Part shown: positions 51,651 to 63,537 of the stretch, in pieces | Numbering within the stretch: position 1 is the stretch's first letter | Layout: each line of letters opens with the position of its first letter | Origin: Marsupella aquatica | Taxonomy: Eukaryota; Plantae; Marchantiophyta | NCBI GenBank assembly: GCA_973895155.1 | Contig: OZ316893.1 | Location: 7,898,963 to 7,962,962, forward strand | DNA length: 64,000 bases | Direction: 5' to 3' | Notes under the pieces: generated by a model | What the model saw: only the letters and a program-made list of their open reading frames with translations | Databases searched by the model: none | Told to the model about the DNA's origin: nothing | Made by a program: the position numbers and the translations under genes

Positions 51651-53829
51651 TCTCAAATCCCATGGTGAACGGTGAGGATGACTGCGTAGAAACCGTTCAA
51701 CGAACACATATATTGGTCACCTTACTCTAGGGATGTGTAAAATAATACTCAGGAAACAACAAAAGGCCCTACGACGTATTTGGACAAACGTTTCAGAAAA
51801 AGTTTTGTTGCCAGAAAATCTTTTTTCTGCCCAAGACAGATCGAGGAGCTACTGTTGTCTTTCTAACCTTTCTGTTAACTTGATACGTAGTATCCTTTAT
51901 GATGTGTCGTGTAGTGCAATTATTATTTGACATGTTCGTGCTCTGCTTTGTTCGCCTGAGGTCTTTTTTCGTCCACTCGAGGTATTTTTTCTTTTCTTCA
52001 AAGGAGGTTCCTCACTGACCTTCAATCCAAGTGGGAAATAACAAGCCAATATTAGTGGTGATATGGCAAATTAGTATCATATTGGACTCAGACAAAAGAT
52101 GGCCCTCTACCTCCAATAAATGTTGACCTGATATTTCCCAGAGATATTTCAAGTAACAATACTCAAGGCTGCCAACCGTTGAAAGGAAACCACATTCGGC
52201 AAAGAAACAAATAACAGGCTCCAAAGTTGAACTCTCTTCGTTGAAAATTTTGGCAAAATTCACAGCTGGTTGGTGAGAAATTCGTTTAAAACTATTGTTC
52301 AAGTGCTGCCATCCCACTTTTTTAGTTCATTAGCCAGCCTTAGGCCTCTAGACGTGGTACTGTACCACATTACATACACGTTGAGATTTCAAGTCAGATT
52401 TCAAGGGTGCATGCCATTGCACTCATACCAGATTTAACCTCAAACACTGATACATCAGGTTTGTCGCGAGGGCTTTGACTATAGAATGGTTGATGACCAT
52501 TCAAATGCAATAATCCCTTCATCAGTAAAGCGATTCTCGTCTCGAGTAACTCCAACAAACATTCCACCCTATATCCTCCTCCCTATGATAGGTCTCGCGT
52601 GAGATAAATTTTACATACTTTAAATAAATACGTTTACTGTTCCATCCCACCATATCCAATCACAAAAGTCTGAGGTACACTGTGACTGGCCATTGTCAGA
52701 AGATTTTTAATTGCCAAGTAGTCTTTCCAACTTTGGTCTGTGAGGAAAACCCCGCCAACTTTCAAGTGACTCTAACACCCGTTTCTTCCTCAAATGCTCT
52801 ATTATTGCCCTAAAAGGAGCAAGTTTATGATGTTGTTATCAAACTGTCAGCGTAAAGTTTGCTTTTTCCCTTTCGAATGGATTTTGAAAATTAAAAATTA
52901 AAAACGAAAAGCTGCACAATTGGCACAAGATGCACAATCGTGTTATAAGACCAGTAATTGTGATCTCATAAAATAAATCTCTAAGAATTGAGGTTTAGAT
53001 AATAGGGTCGGTAGAATGGTGCATATTTATGAGTGTCATCAAATCACACTCATCTCACTAGCTAAATAGCCCAACATCCTAGCACTTGGTTATAATTGAC
53101 TGAATGTTTTGTAAAATAAATTGTGCTTTAAAAAAAGCAATAAATAAACAACTCAAAGCATGCTCTGGCAAATTTCAGGTGAATTAAGACTGCCGCTATT
53201 AAATGTAGGAGTGAACCCATGCTCCGCAATGAACCATAAACACTCTTGAAGGGGTTAATGGACAAGGTATGTGGGGGCCCGACACTCCCCCTCCATTTTT
53301 CCATTTATATAATCATTTTGATAGTCAGGTTCCATGACATACTTTGAAAAATGATACTTCTCTGGACCTAGAACATAAGCCATTCAACCCCCACGGAAGA
53401 AACCATTGGCGCCTTCACTCATTGACACCCTTCTGATTTACAAAGCTTTTTCAGTGACGAACCTTGACCTTTGATATCTCCGATGATATCCAATGGAATC
53501 GGCTTTTCTTGGGCTCACTAGAGGTAACTTGGAAAAGTCTTTGCAATTAATCTAATAGTTCCTAAAGATGAAGTTTGAGTTATAGTTTTTATGAGAACTT
53601 AGGAGAGTTTGAGTTTCTAGAGATTAGTCCTTCAGTTGTCCACCCTTTACACATTTAAAAGTGTTTTAATTGGCAGCTAACTTAGACAACTTGTATCTCC
53701 TCCAAATGAAGTTGCCATTGATGAAGTGTTGTCAACAGCTTCAAACTGTATCTCCTTCATTACATCAAAATAATAGTAACAGCAGAAGCTGAAGTTCTCA
53801 TGGCTTCAATGTAAGACCAGCTAGGTTGC

Positions 53830-54770
53830 TGACTATGGACAGAGAAGTGAGAATCTAAAATATCAGTTCATTAGAACTCTGGACGTCTCTATGAACTTTT
53901 TGTTCTTTAATCCTGACATTAGCTCCCTTTTCGAGACCATGTTCTAATGTTATTGTCTTCTTGAATTCTTTGACAAATCTTCCTGTCTATCTTCTCATGA
54001 AGTGGGTCTACAATCAATGAACTTTGAGGTGCTCCTTTGCTCCCTACATTTTTCATCGGATCATCAGCTGATCTCACTTTCACTTTCTCTAAAAACCTGG
54101 CAATTTGTTAAGGCATTAATTGTGAGTGCAAGAGAGGCACATTTGAGTTGGCCAGAAGGAGAAGCCATGGCATAGGTAAAAAATCTAAGAGTTTTGACAA
54201 TCCCAAGTATTTCCAAATTGCTGCAATGCAATTAACACCACTCATTTTCAAGTGGAGTTACCTCTTGGGATGAACTCCACTAATTATTGTGACTATAGGC
54301 ACGGTCAAAGCATTTCCATGCAGGCAGCTTGTGATAGCTGACTTTGATTTTTAGATGTGTTTGCATGGGTGTTTGTAGGAAGTCTTGGCAACATTCAAGA
54401 CTTGCCTTCTAAGAGTGTCGGGTTTTATAACAATGTTGTGGGGTGCCACACAAAACTCTTGGCCCCGACGTTTATGGGTCCAATTGGATTCACTACAGGG
54501 GAGTACATTATTGGTGATGATGGTTACCCTATTTATCCTTGGTTGCTTAATCCTTTTCCTTGGGCGAGAGAGCATACCCGGAAGAGCAAATTCAAGTACA
54601 TGCTTAGCTCAACCAGGATGTGTGTGGAGCGCCTTGTGGTCAATTGAAGAATAGTTGAAGATTTGTTTCTCACAGAATGTTTCAGCTGCATCCTAATTGA
54701 TTGACTAGCGTCACCATATTACTTGTGTATGTAAGTATTCTTCATAATATTTGTATTGACCGCAGATATG
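53830..54770 (+). pseudogene. PIF/Harbinger DDE nuclease (HARBI1-like) remnant
   Basis: Broken frames: HLSWPEGE, FPNCCNAINTTHF (AIDGTH-like), SISMQAACD, FLDVFAW, YIIGDDGYPIYPWLLNPF, LSSTRMCVER, ILHNICID. Confidence 0.85.
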
Positions 54771-55718
54771 TATATGATCTGGCATGGGGTTTAGATCCTG
54801 ACCCACCCTATGAACCTGGAGGTCCTCCAGTTGCATATCTGAATTATAATAATGGACAAAGTTATCATATTCGGGATTGTGATGATGGACCATTTGCTGC
54901 CTAAGAGAGAGTGGGATCAGGAAGAATGTTGCCCGGGATGTTGCCACTGCCTTCCATTTTAACTTGTTGTTGCTCATTGTTTGTTGTGTACAGCCACACA
55001 TGACAATATGAAAGTGTTCATTCACTAGTACATTTTGGGGGGTTTTCCGATACTCATTTTGAGCCAAATGTGATCCGTCCAATGCTTTCGGCTTCGGACA
55101 TTTTCCGAAGCATCCCGCATCGAAAGTTCCGATGCAGTAACCTTCGGACCTTTATTTCCCGATGCAAACTACAGCGCATACGTTATCCCATATGATATGT
55201 GTCGGATATGGTCCGAATATAAATACATCGAACATTTGTTTGTCATGTCTCGATATTTGTTTCGAACCTTCATGCATCGAAACATCGTTGCGTCTTGGAT
55301 TGTATCGGACTAGGACCAATATAGTCTACATCGGACAATTGTGTCCGTTGGTTGTTGTAACGCTTAATGGAACCGTAAGTATGGGCATCGGAAAATGTTC
55401 GTTGCTTATAGTATCGGATACCTAATCGTCAAAGGAGGAGGATTTCCGATGCATATCCGATGGTTTTGTCATGGGATAGCCAATGGGACATAAGTTTTCT
55501 AGGGGTTCTTAGCTATAGAAAGGGTATTCATTAGAGGATTAATTAGGGACACTTATATTATAACCAATGGATTTTGGGCATGCACTCACATACTATATAT
55601 AACAATTATGAAATAAGTATAGAATGCTACTGCTTTTTATATTGCCGAGTAAAAAAAGAACTTGAAGGTACATGGTGGTTGGGGGCCTAACTACATACAA
55701 AATATGCTGCCTAGGTAG

Positions 55719-58700
55719 CTAGCTCGTGGAGGGGATGTCGTCACCTTCCACTACAACTATGTTGGGCCTCTCTTGGACTATGGACCGTGATCGAGGAATA
55801 TAAGGCATGACAATGGACCATTCTGGGTCATCTGCATAGGGCAGGTAAAAGCATTGCTCAAGGTGATGTGGGAAGGCAAAGGGATCTGAGGACCTCCAAT
55901 TGGAACTGATGACACTATTTGCGGAAGTCTTCAAACGAGTAAAACCGCATGGATCCTCTTCACATGTACAATTGTTGCCTACAAGATTCATCTTGAACCA
56001 TTTGCACTTAAATACCACCTCCTCCAAAGTAGTATGTGCATGGTACTTCACTGTTAGGATCTCATCAATCTTCCCATAATGGGCCACCGTGGAGCGGATG
56101 GGATTCATGTTTGACGTGCTACTTTGGGAATCCTGGGTGAACCAACCCATCACCCCACAATCTTGAGTAGCTGCCTTCTTCTCATCCAGTCGTTCCACGC
56201 AAAAATGTCTCCCCTTTGACCACATTGTTGTCCGAGTCATGACTTTAAGTAGTGGACCATGAACCAAGGTACGAAGCTTATCTATCACCTGCGGGTAGTG
56301 TAATATACTCTCTCCTATACCCACCAAGGCATCCACTTCTAACAACTTTGACTTCATATATGGGTGAAACTTGGGAAACAATCGTGGCCGTCGACTGTTT
56401 TGTTTCTCCTCCTCATAAAATGTTGTCCACTCCCCTACAACCTCTGGTGAGTTGTACAACATAAATGTTGTAAGCTGCAAACGCTCTGTCGAGCCAAGGA
56501 GACGCTCTCCTGTTGCCCCAATGAGTCTATCATCCTCATAGTCCACCTCTCGTGCCGCCTCATCTATCCATCCTCTAGGAGCCTTTGGATCTAGTGTGGC
56601 AACTATGTTTGTACAATACAACATACTCTCTACTCCAAGATGACGCTCTGCAATGCTGCCTTCCACCCTAGCCCGATTAGAGACATATGACTTCATCACC
56701 CCCATGTAACACTCTACCCAATACATCCATCGATAATGTACCGGGCCTGCAATTGCAACCTCGTGCACTAAATGTATGAGGAAATGAACCTGGCCATCAA
56801 AGAATGAGGGGGGAAGTGCCTTCTCCAACTTGCAAACAACCTCTACTCCAAATAGCTCCATTGCGGCAATGTCATCCTGCGGTACCTCCTTCTGACATAT
56901 CCATCTCAAAAGCTTGCCCAATGACCAAAGAGCATCACGAAGTTCCTCACTACCCAATCCAATAATCGCAGCTGGAATGACATGTTCTAATAACCGATGG
57001 AAATCATGTGTTTTCAAAAAAGATGGCCATTTTGGAGAATCTTCCCCCCCCCCAAATGCCTTACCAAGATTGGCACCATAACCTGTGGGAAATCTCATTG
57101 ACCCAATATGTCTGCAAAACTCAATGCGCTCTGCCGTGGTCAAAACCCAAGGAGGATGGATGCTAGGGGGGTCACCAGGGGGGTCCAAAGATGGCCAAAA
57201 ACCAAGAAGACCATGCATCCCCATCTCCTCACAACTTTCTCTCCAATTGTAGTTCTTCTCCCCATATAGATGACGAATCAATGATCTTCCCACATTCCCC
57301 TCGATGTGCACGGGATCTAACAAGTGATTAATGGGCATCTCTGACCAATATGACAACTGTGACAATGCAGATAAACGGGTCATGCCACATCGGAGAAATT
57401 GTAATGGATCATCTGGGTCTTGAACTCTCTCCCATACCTCTCTCCAATATGTTGGATCCTTTGGCTGAGGTTGTGGACGGGTATCAGGTTGGCCCTCATC
57501 ATTGTCATACAAGAAATGATCACTCCTCCAAGGATGATTTGCTGGAAGATATTTGGTATGACCAATGTAAACTATCTTACGCAAGGTAGTTGACTTGGGT
57601 CTTGCCACACCGTCCAAATCTGGTCCGCACGAAGGGCAAGCTCGATAGCTTGATGTTTGCAATCCAGAGACATACCCAAAGCCTTTCCTCAATCCATGCA
57701 TAGACAAACAACCAATGAAATAAGGTTAGTAACTCATCTTAAAATTAATCAGGAATAATTAAAACTAAATGCATGGTAAAATTGAATGCATGGTAAACTA
57801 ATTAAATGCAAAGTTAAATTAGGGCATTGAGGAAATAACATAGGGTATACCAGGCCATACCTGGTAAATCATGCATGGTCCACATAAGGATAGCCTTGAG
57901 GGTAAATGCGCAAGCTAAACCTCCTGTATGGGGACGTCCGTCATAACAATCCACTCATCTCCAAAGTTGCAAAAGCTCATCAATCAATGGTTGCAAGTAG
58001 ATGTCAATCTTTTTTGCTTGCTTAGGACCAGGGATGATCATGGAGAGTAGTAAATGACCCTTCTTCATTGCCATCCATGGAGGGATATTGTAGTTTGTCA
58101 AAACTACTGGCCACAATGAATATGGTTTTGCTTTACCCGCAATGCAAAAGGGCTGATACCATCGGCTGCCAACCCAAGTCGAACATGTCGTGGGTCAGTT
58201 CTGAACTCGCCCCATCTGCCCTCTACAAATCCATTGGCAGGAGAGTCAACCATCATCCGCATGGCAGTAGAGTCTGTACCCATATTAGAACGATTCTTTG
58301 AGTGCCATACCATGTACTCAGCCAACTCTGCACAATGGTAATGATGTCGCAATCGAGGGATGAGAGGAAAATATCACATAACCTTTTGAGGCACCTTCCC
58401 TGTCAACATGTCATCACGATACCGCGGCTTCTCACACTTAGGACATGTAGTTCCATTCTCATGCTCGCCTCTAAAAAGAATGCAATCATTGACACAGGCA
58501 TGTATCACTTCATATTTGAGGCCAATGGACTTCAACACTCTCTTAGCCTCCTTCCAAGAGCTTGGCATGGTGTTGCCTGGTGGCAAAATACGATCATGCA
58601 GGGTACGAAAAACATCATCCAAAAGAACGTTGCTTGCCCCATGTCTTTGCTGCACATTCAGCAACAACATTATTGCTGAGAGCCTTGATAAGGGGCTCCC

Positions 58701-59027
58701 CTCAAATATGCGAGTACGAGCATGACGTTGAGCCTCATCCCAATCCTTATTCTGGGACCCCCTAGAAGGATGTGGATGAGTCCTATTTTCATCGGTGAAA
58801 CCCATGTCCTCCATACCAATGCCACCATCATCATCATAAAATTGGTCCATGAGCTCATCCATGGCCCTCTCCTCATCAAGATGGACTTGAGTAGGATTAT
58901 CACCCTCAGGTTGTACCTCGTCCTCCTCCATCCCTCCATCATGCCCATGGTTGGCCACCATGGCCTCCACAATGTGTTGCCACATTGCTCGTGATATGAC
59001 ACCAATATCAGGTTGTACATATTGGTT
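55719..59027 (-). pseudogene. CACTA transposase (TnpD; Transposase_21/DUF4218/DUF4216-type), disrupted
   Basis: YEVIHACVNDCILFRG, CPKCEKPRY, RHVRLGLAADGISPF, SLWPVVLTNYNIPPW, DIYLQPLIDEL, MWTMHDLPG, DPVHIEGNV, LKTHDFH, PPSFFDGQVHFLIHL, GPVHYRWMY, FKCKWF. In-frame TGA at 58374-58376 and 57955-57957, a 1-nt frameshift near 58137, and an intron at 57683-57860. Confidence 0.92.
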
Positions 59028-59165
59028 CTATCATACAACATGAATGCAATCTCATTAGCATATAAATCCCATTAACATCAATGTTAATCATCATGAATCT
59101 CATTAATCCAATGTAAGAAAGGAAAAATCATCCAATGTATTTATATACATAAGTCCAAGATACTA

Positions 59166-59605
59166 TCATGGACGGCAACGTAGGGACATTTTTGGTGCAT
59201 CCCACTCATACTCACACAATATCTCCTCACCGGCTCTAATGGTCCTAATGGCTAGTGTCATGATATGGTCATCCATGTGTTTCACAAAATATGGGTCTCT
59301 AGGAGGGCCAAAAATTTGGATCCACTCTACATTAGCCTCAAAATCTCTACCCCTACCTGTGGTACTATTGATGTACCCTGCTAAATTACCATTCCGAATA
59401 GGGTCACCATCAATCATCCTACAATGCCAGGGCCTAGTCAAAACCTCATCTGGGTCTGAGTCCATCCTCAATGCATAAACCCCCCAACTTGGGTGCTGAC
59501 GCAACAAAGTCTTCCAACTCTTTGCGTTATATACAGCCCCAATGTAAGGGAAAAGGTGCTCTCCATCATAGCCACGTCTCCATGGCTTTGGAGGGACCAC
59601 AATCA
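59166..59605 (-). CDS. SET-domain (lysine methyltransferase-like) exon inside the CACTA element
   Basis: LFPYIGAVY...YALRMD...IDGDPIRNGNLAGYINS...EANVEW...LAIRTIRAGEEILCEY follows the SET consensus (EYxG; Y; ID-x-GNxARFINHS; N; AxRxIxxGEELxxxY). Likely acceptor at 59606, with a phase-compatible GTGAGT donor at 59798. Confidence 0.8.
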
Positions 59606-60278
59606 CTACAACACTACCTACACCTTTTGCGAACTTGAAAGCATCGCAAACAACAAAGGAAATCAAAAAGCAAAACTCGCCTTTGCAAAGTATCGCGCAT
59701 CGCAATAGAATCGCAAACTGCGAAGCCCAAAGGTTCGCATCCGGTCTTTCGTAAGACCTTCGCAACTTGCGACACTAATAGAATCGCAAATGACTCACAT
59801 TTAAGCGACTCCGTGGGCGTCGTGAGAGGCTTGCGATAATAATCAAGCAGTTCAATATTTGCAATCCCAGGAGTTTGGTAATATGTTTGCGATATGAAGT
59901 GAATGGTAGTTATGCCATGAAGATCGCTTCACATTTTTGTGAACTTATGTGGTTTGCATAATGTTTGCGATACCTTCAGTATGGTAAATATGCAATTTGG
60001 GTTGTTCGCATAGGTTTCGCAAGATGTCTTGAGGCTAGGGTTTAGATTTAGAGTTTTGAATTATGGTTGGGGTCTTGTTGTCCAACACGGAGAATGAGGT
60101 CTGAATCAAAATTGCTTTATAGAAAATTGATAGGTACACAAAAATTAGGGTTTCCTAAACCCTAAACCCTAGATGGGTGTCATATGACAAGCTAGGTCTC
60201 TATAAGACTACCCATGATATCAAAACTATATACTACACTAAGTAAATGGGCATCCCATAGGCACTACACCACCAAGCT

Positions 60279-62237
60279 CTAGAATGGGGTCCTCCTACTC
60301 CTTGTCGCCGGCCTCTTCCCCTTGTCCCTCTTGCAACGATCCGAACGTGGCACAGGAGGTGGTGCTGGCTGCTCCTCCACATCTGGTTCCTCCTCGTCCT
60401 CGTCCTCATCCTCCCCCTCTTGCTGGGAAACTCCTCCTACTGGTCCAGATCCACTACTCCCTCCTACCTTGGGCCCCTTTGTCGTGGTCCCCTCATTGTT
60501 CTCATCGGTGCTGCTGGTATCACTGGCATCCTCATCATCCTGTTTGCACAGCACAACGCCAAATTGGTTTAGGTTTACGGAATGAAAAGATAAGTGGATT
60601 GGGTGGGAAAAACTGAAGGGGACACATGCACTTACAGTCGCCAACTCTGGGTCAACCAAGTCAAAGAGATGTTTGGCTTCATGCGCAGCTCCTATCTCCA
60701 TCTCTTTTGCTGTTATCTCCCTGCGGTACCTCTTATACTACCACAACCAAACATTCCAAAACCAAAATCGATCGAGGTTAATATGCTATAAACCCAAGAA
60801 AAATGCATGGAGGTGCTAATAGGGTGCCCCCTAGAACACAAAACTGGGCTCAATAACCCTTAGCGGTATTTTTTAAACATAATACACACTTGCGAAACTC
60901 CCCACTTCGCAAATTCAAATAAATTGGCTGCTTGCGAAGTAGTTTGCGAAGCGGGTTACTTCGCAATAGCTTCGCATCTACAACTTTAAAAAATGCCATG
61001 ATAGACTTTGCGAAACATTTGCGAAGCAACCCGCATCGCAAAAGCTTTGCAAATTCTGTTTTTAAAAAATTCCGAGAAATCTCTAAGGCACGCAATGTGT
61101 CAAGGTGACCTAAAGTACAAGGCAGGCCGTAAGAAAGAAACAAGAGGTATGCAAGGGGGGCATTGCAGGTTTGGATAGCAATTGAAAGCAAGGAAACAGA
61201 AGCAGGGGAGGAGAGGGCCCACTCACAAAGTGTGCTTTGAGGCCGGGAAGTCCACCTTGGCCCATCTTGTGCGTGGTCTTGGGCCGTTTGCTGACTCGCT
61301 CAGCTGCAAGGATGAATTTTTGGGGTGGTGCCCCCACTTCATCCACAATGTGCTGCATGTGAGACACCTTCTCAGCCATTGCCTTGAGGTCTCGGTCGAA
61401 CTTCCCGGCCTTCTGTGCCTTGGCTTCCATCTCCTTCCAGAAGAGAAGGTTCCTGGCAGCTCTCATCTGCACCTCCACTTTGTAAAAGGCATTCCACACG
61501 TCCTCAGTGAATTGCAGTGGCCTCCTCACGTTTCTGTACTCCTCCAAGTTTGCCAGGTAGGCCCTTACCTTCTTCCTATCATGGTACCGTGCTTGAGACA
61601 TTGAATTGGAAATTCTATCTGCAAGCCACTGTTCATCAATCTCTGCTCCATTTCGAAATGAATCTTTGATTTGACTCATTACTTTCTTCTGGTCTGCCTT
61701 GCTGAGTTTCCCCCACTCAACTCCTCGTGCAAAATTGGAGCGCACCATAAGCCTGATAGTGCTCTTTGCCCCGGTGTAGGCCAGTTCAGTAGGAATGCCT
61801 TCGATCAAGGCAATCATAGGCAGCTTCTTCCTCTCTTCCTCCTTCTTTCGCTGCTCCTCCCGCTGTGCTCTTATCTCATCTCGTTCCTCTCTCCTCCTCT
61901 TCTTTTCTAGGGCAGCAGGTGAGACTACTCCTGCCTTGGCCCTCTCCTCCTTATGCTTCTTCTCTCTTGCCTTCTGTTGAGCTGCACTCCTTTGCTCCTC
62001 CTCCCTTGCAATGTTCCCTGCATCTACTCCCGTTTGCAAGGCTTGCCCTAGGATTGCACTCAAAGAAGCAATCCCTGTTGGTGTAGTCAAATCTAAGTGG
62101 CTCAACTGTGCTACATTGAGGTGCTCAGCCATCAAATCGGTCCATCGATTCCTCTCCTGCTCCCCATTGCCTTCATTCCCATTGCCACTGTCACTCACCC
62201 CTGCCCCATCACCTCCATTTTCTCCACTGGAATCCAT
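60279..62237 (-). CDS. TnpA/PTTA (Transposase_24)-like CACTA accessory protein, three exons
   Basis: Exons 62237-61227, 60737-60636 and 60539-60279, GT-AG, phase 0, no stops. Charged coiled-coil segment; WGKLSKADQKKVMSQIKDSF...W...ARYHDRKK; RPLQFTEDVWNAF; RVSKRPKTTHKMGQGG (resembles the R..K..H..G motif of PTTA proteins); acidic tail. Confidence 0.7.
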
Positions 62238-63537
62238 AGCTAAGCCACCCCCCGAGCGCGCGTGAGCTCCCTTCTCCCTCCCTACGCTTGAAATTTGTCA
62301 AATGCCGCTGAGTACGCCGTGGCCGAGTGCAAAAGTACAAGCGGGAAAGACTTGCGAAGCAACCCGTTTCGCAAGTTGCGATCCTTCTAGTTTCGCATGT
62401 AGTTTCTCAATTTTGCAAAACCATTGCGACGTGAAAGGCTTCGCAACACCTTCGCTCTCTCGCAGAAATGCTCTCGGGCTCTGTTTTTCTGAAGGTCGTG
62501 CAAAAGCAGCAGCTTCGCAAAACTCAATTCTAATTTGTGATGGTATTTGCGAAGGAAGCGGCTTCGCAAGACATTGGCAACTCATCCCGGGGGGAATGTT
62601 GGTTTCATTTGAAAGGGTTTTTTTCAAAGGTGAAGTGGACTCCTCTATACTCATATTTGGAATGCTTTTTGGCCATGTTTTGGGTGTTAGATAATAGTTG
62701 AAGGCCGGTTTGAAGGGTTAGGCAGATTTCAGGTTAATGGGTTATGTATGGTGTTGGTTTAGGCTAAGGTTTGGGTTTACATTAGTTTAGAAGAAATAAT
62801 AAAGGTGTGGGATTTGGTTTACAAGAAATAAGTAAAGTTTGGGTTTAGGGTTTTAGGGTTTGGGGTTTTTAAATAGAAAGGTCTCTAGGGTTGAAGAAAA
62901 GTTTGGGTTTGTGTGTAAGTCAGATTTAGGTTTAATAGGTAGGATGCGGTTTGGGGTTGAAGGTTTGGATAAGACAAAGCAAGGTTTCATGAGATTTATA
63001 TTGCAGCCTTTTGGGTTTAAGAGAGGTTCATTGGGTTTATGAATCAAAAAGGGATTGGCATGGGTTTTGCTAACAAAGGAGGAGAATATATGATAGCTTG
63101 GAGGGTGCGGCACTTTTTGATAATTTGATACTAATGCATATGCATTGTGAGAGCCCGGGCATCTGAAAGGTAAACATTGCATGATCGGCTCAAGTGTTCC
63201 TTTCATGTATTTAACACTTTTGGTTGCCACTATGTATAAAGGGGACATGTATATAGGGTTTTTTGTTCTTGTCTGGTCCAGATTATTGTGCTTACATATA
63301 CATGGAATGGTTGCAGCTTTTCCCTCATACTTTCAGATTGGGTTCATTAATTATCTTAGAGCCACAAGACCTATTGGCACTGCTGAGCCCGGGTCTCATA
63401 AAGGTACCTTTTTTATTGCTATGGTCATTTTGGTTTGGGTTTCTTGTCATCATTATTTGGGAACTTTGATTTATATCATTTTGTGGTATGTTTTGGTCAT
63501 AACATGCCCATTTTAATTATATCTTGTTACAGGGGAT

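Noticed and set aside
59027-59230. Direct SET-transposase fusion like SETMAR
   Set aside because: The SET frame ends in TGA TAG, and I found no good phase-0 donor after the final Tyr motif to match the acceptor at 59028.
59606-59765. N-terminal part of the 199-aa track ORF as real SET protein sequence
   Set aside because: It starts at TTG and lies in a TGCGA-rich stretch bounded by GT-AG signals, so it is more likely an intron.
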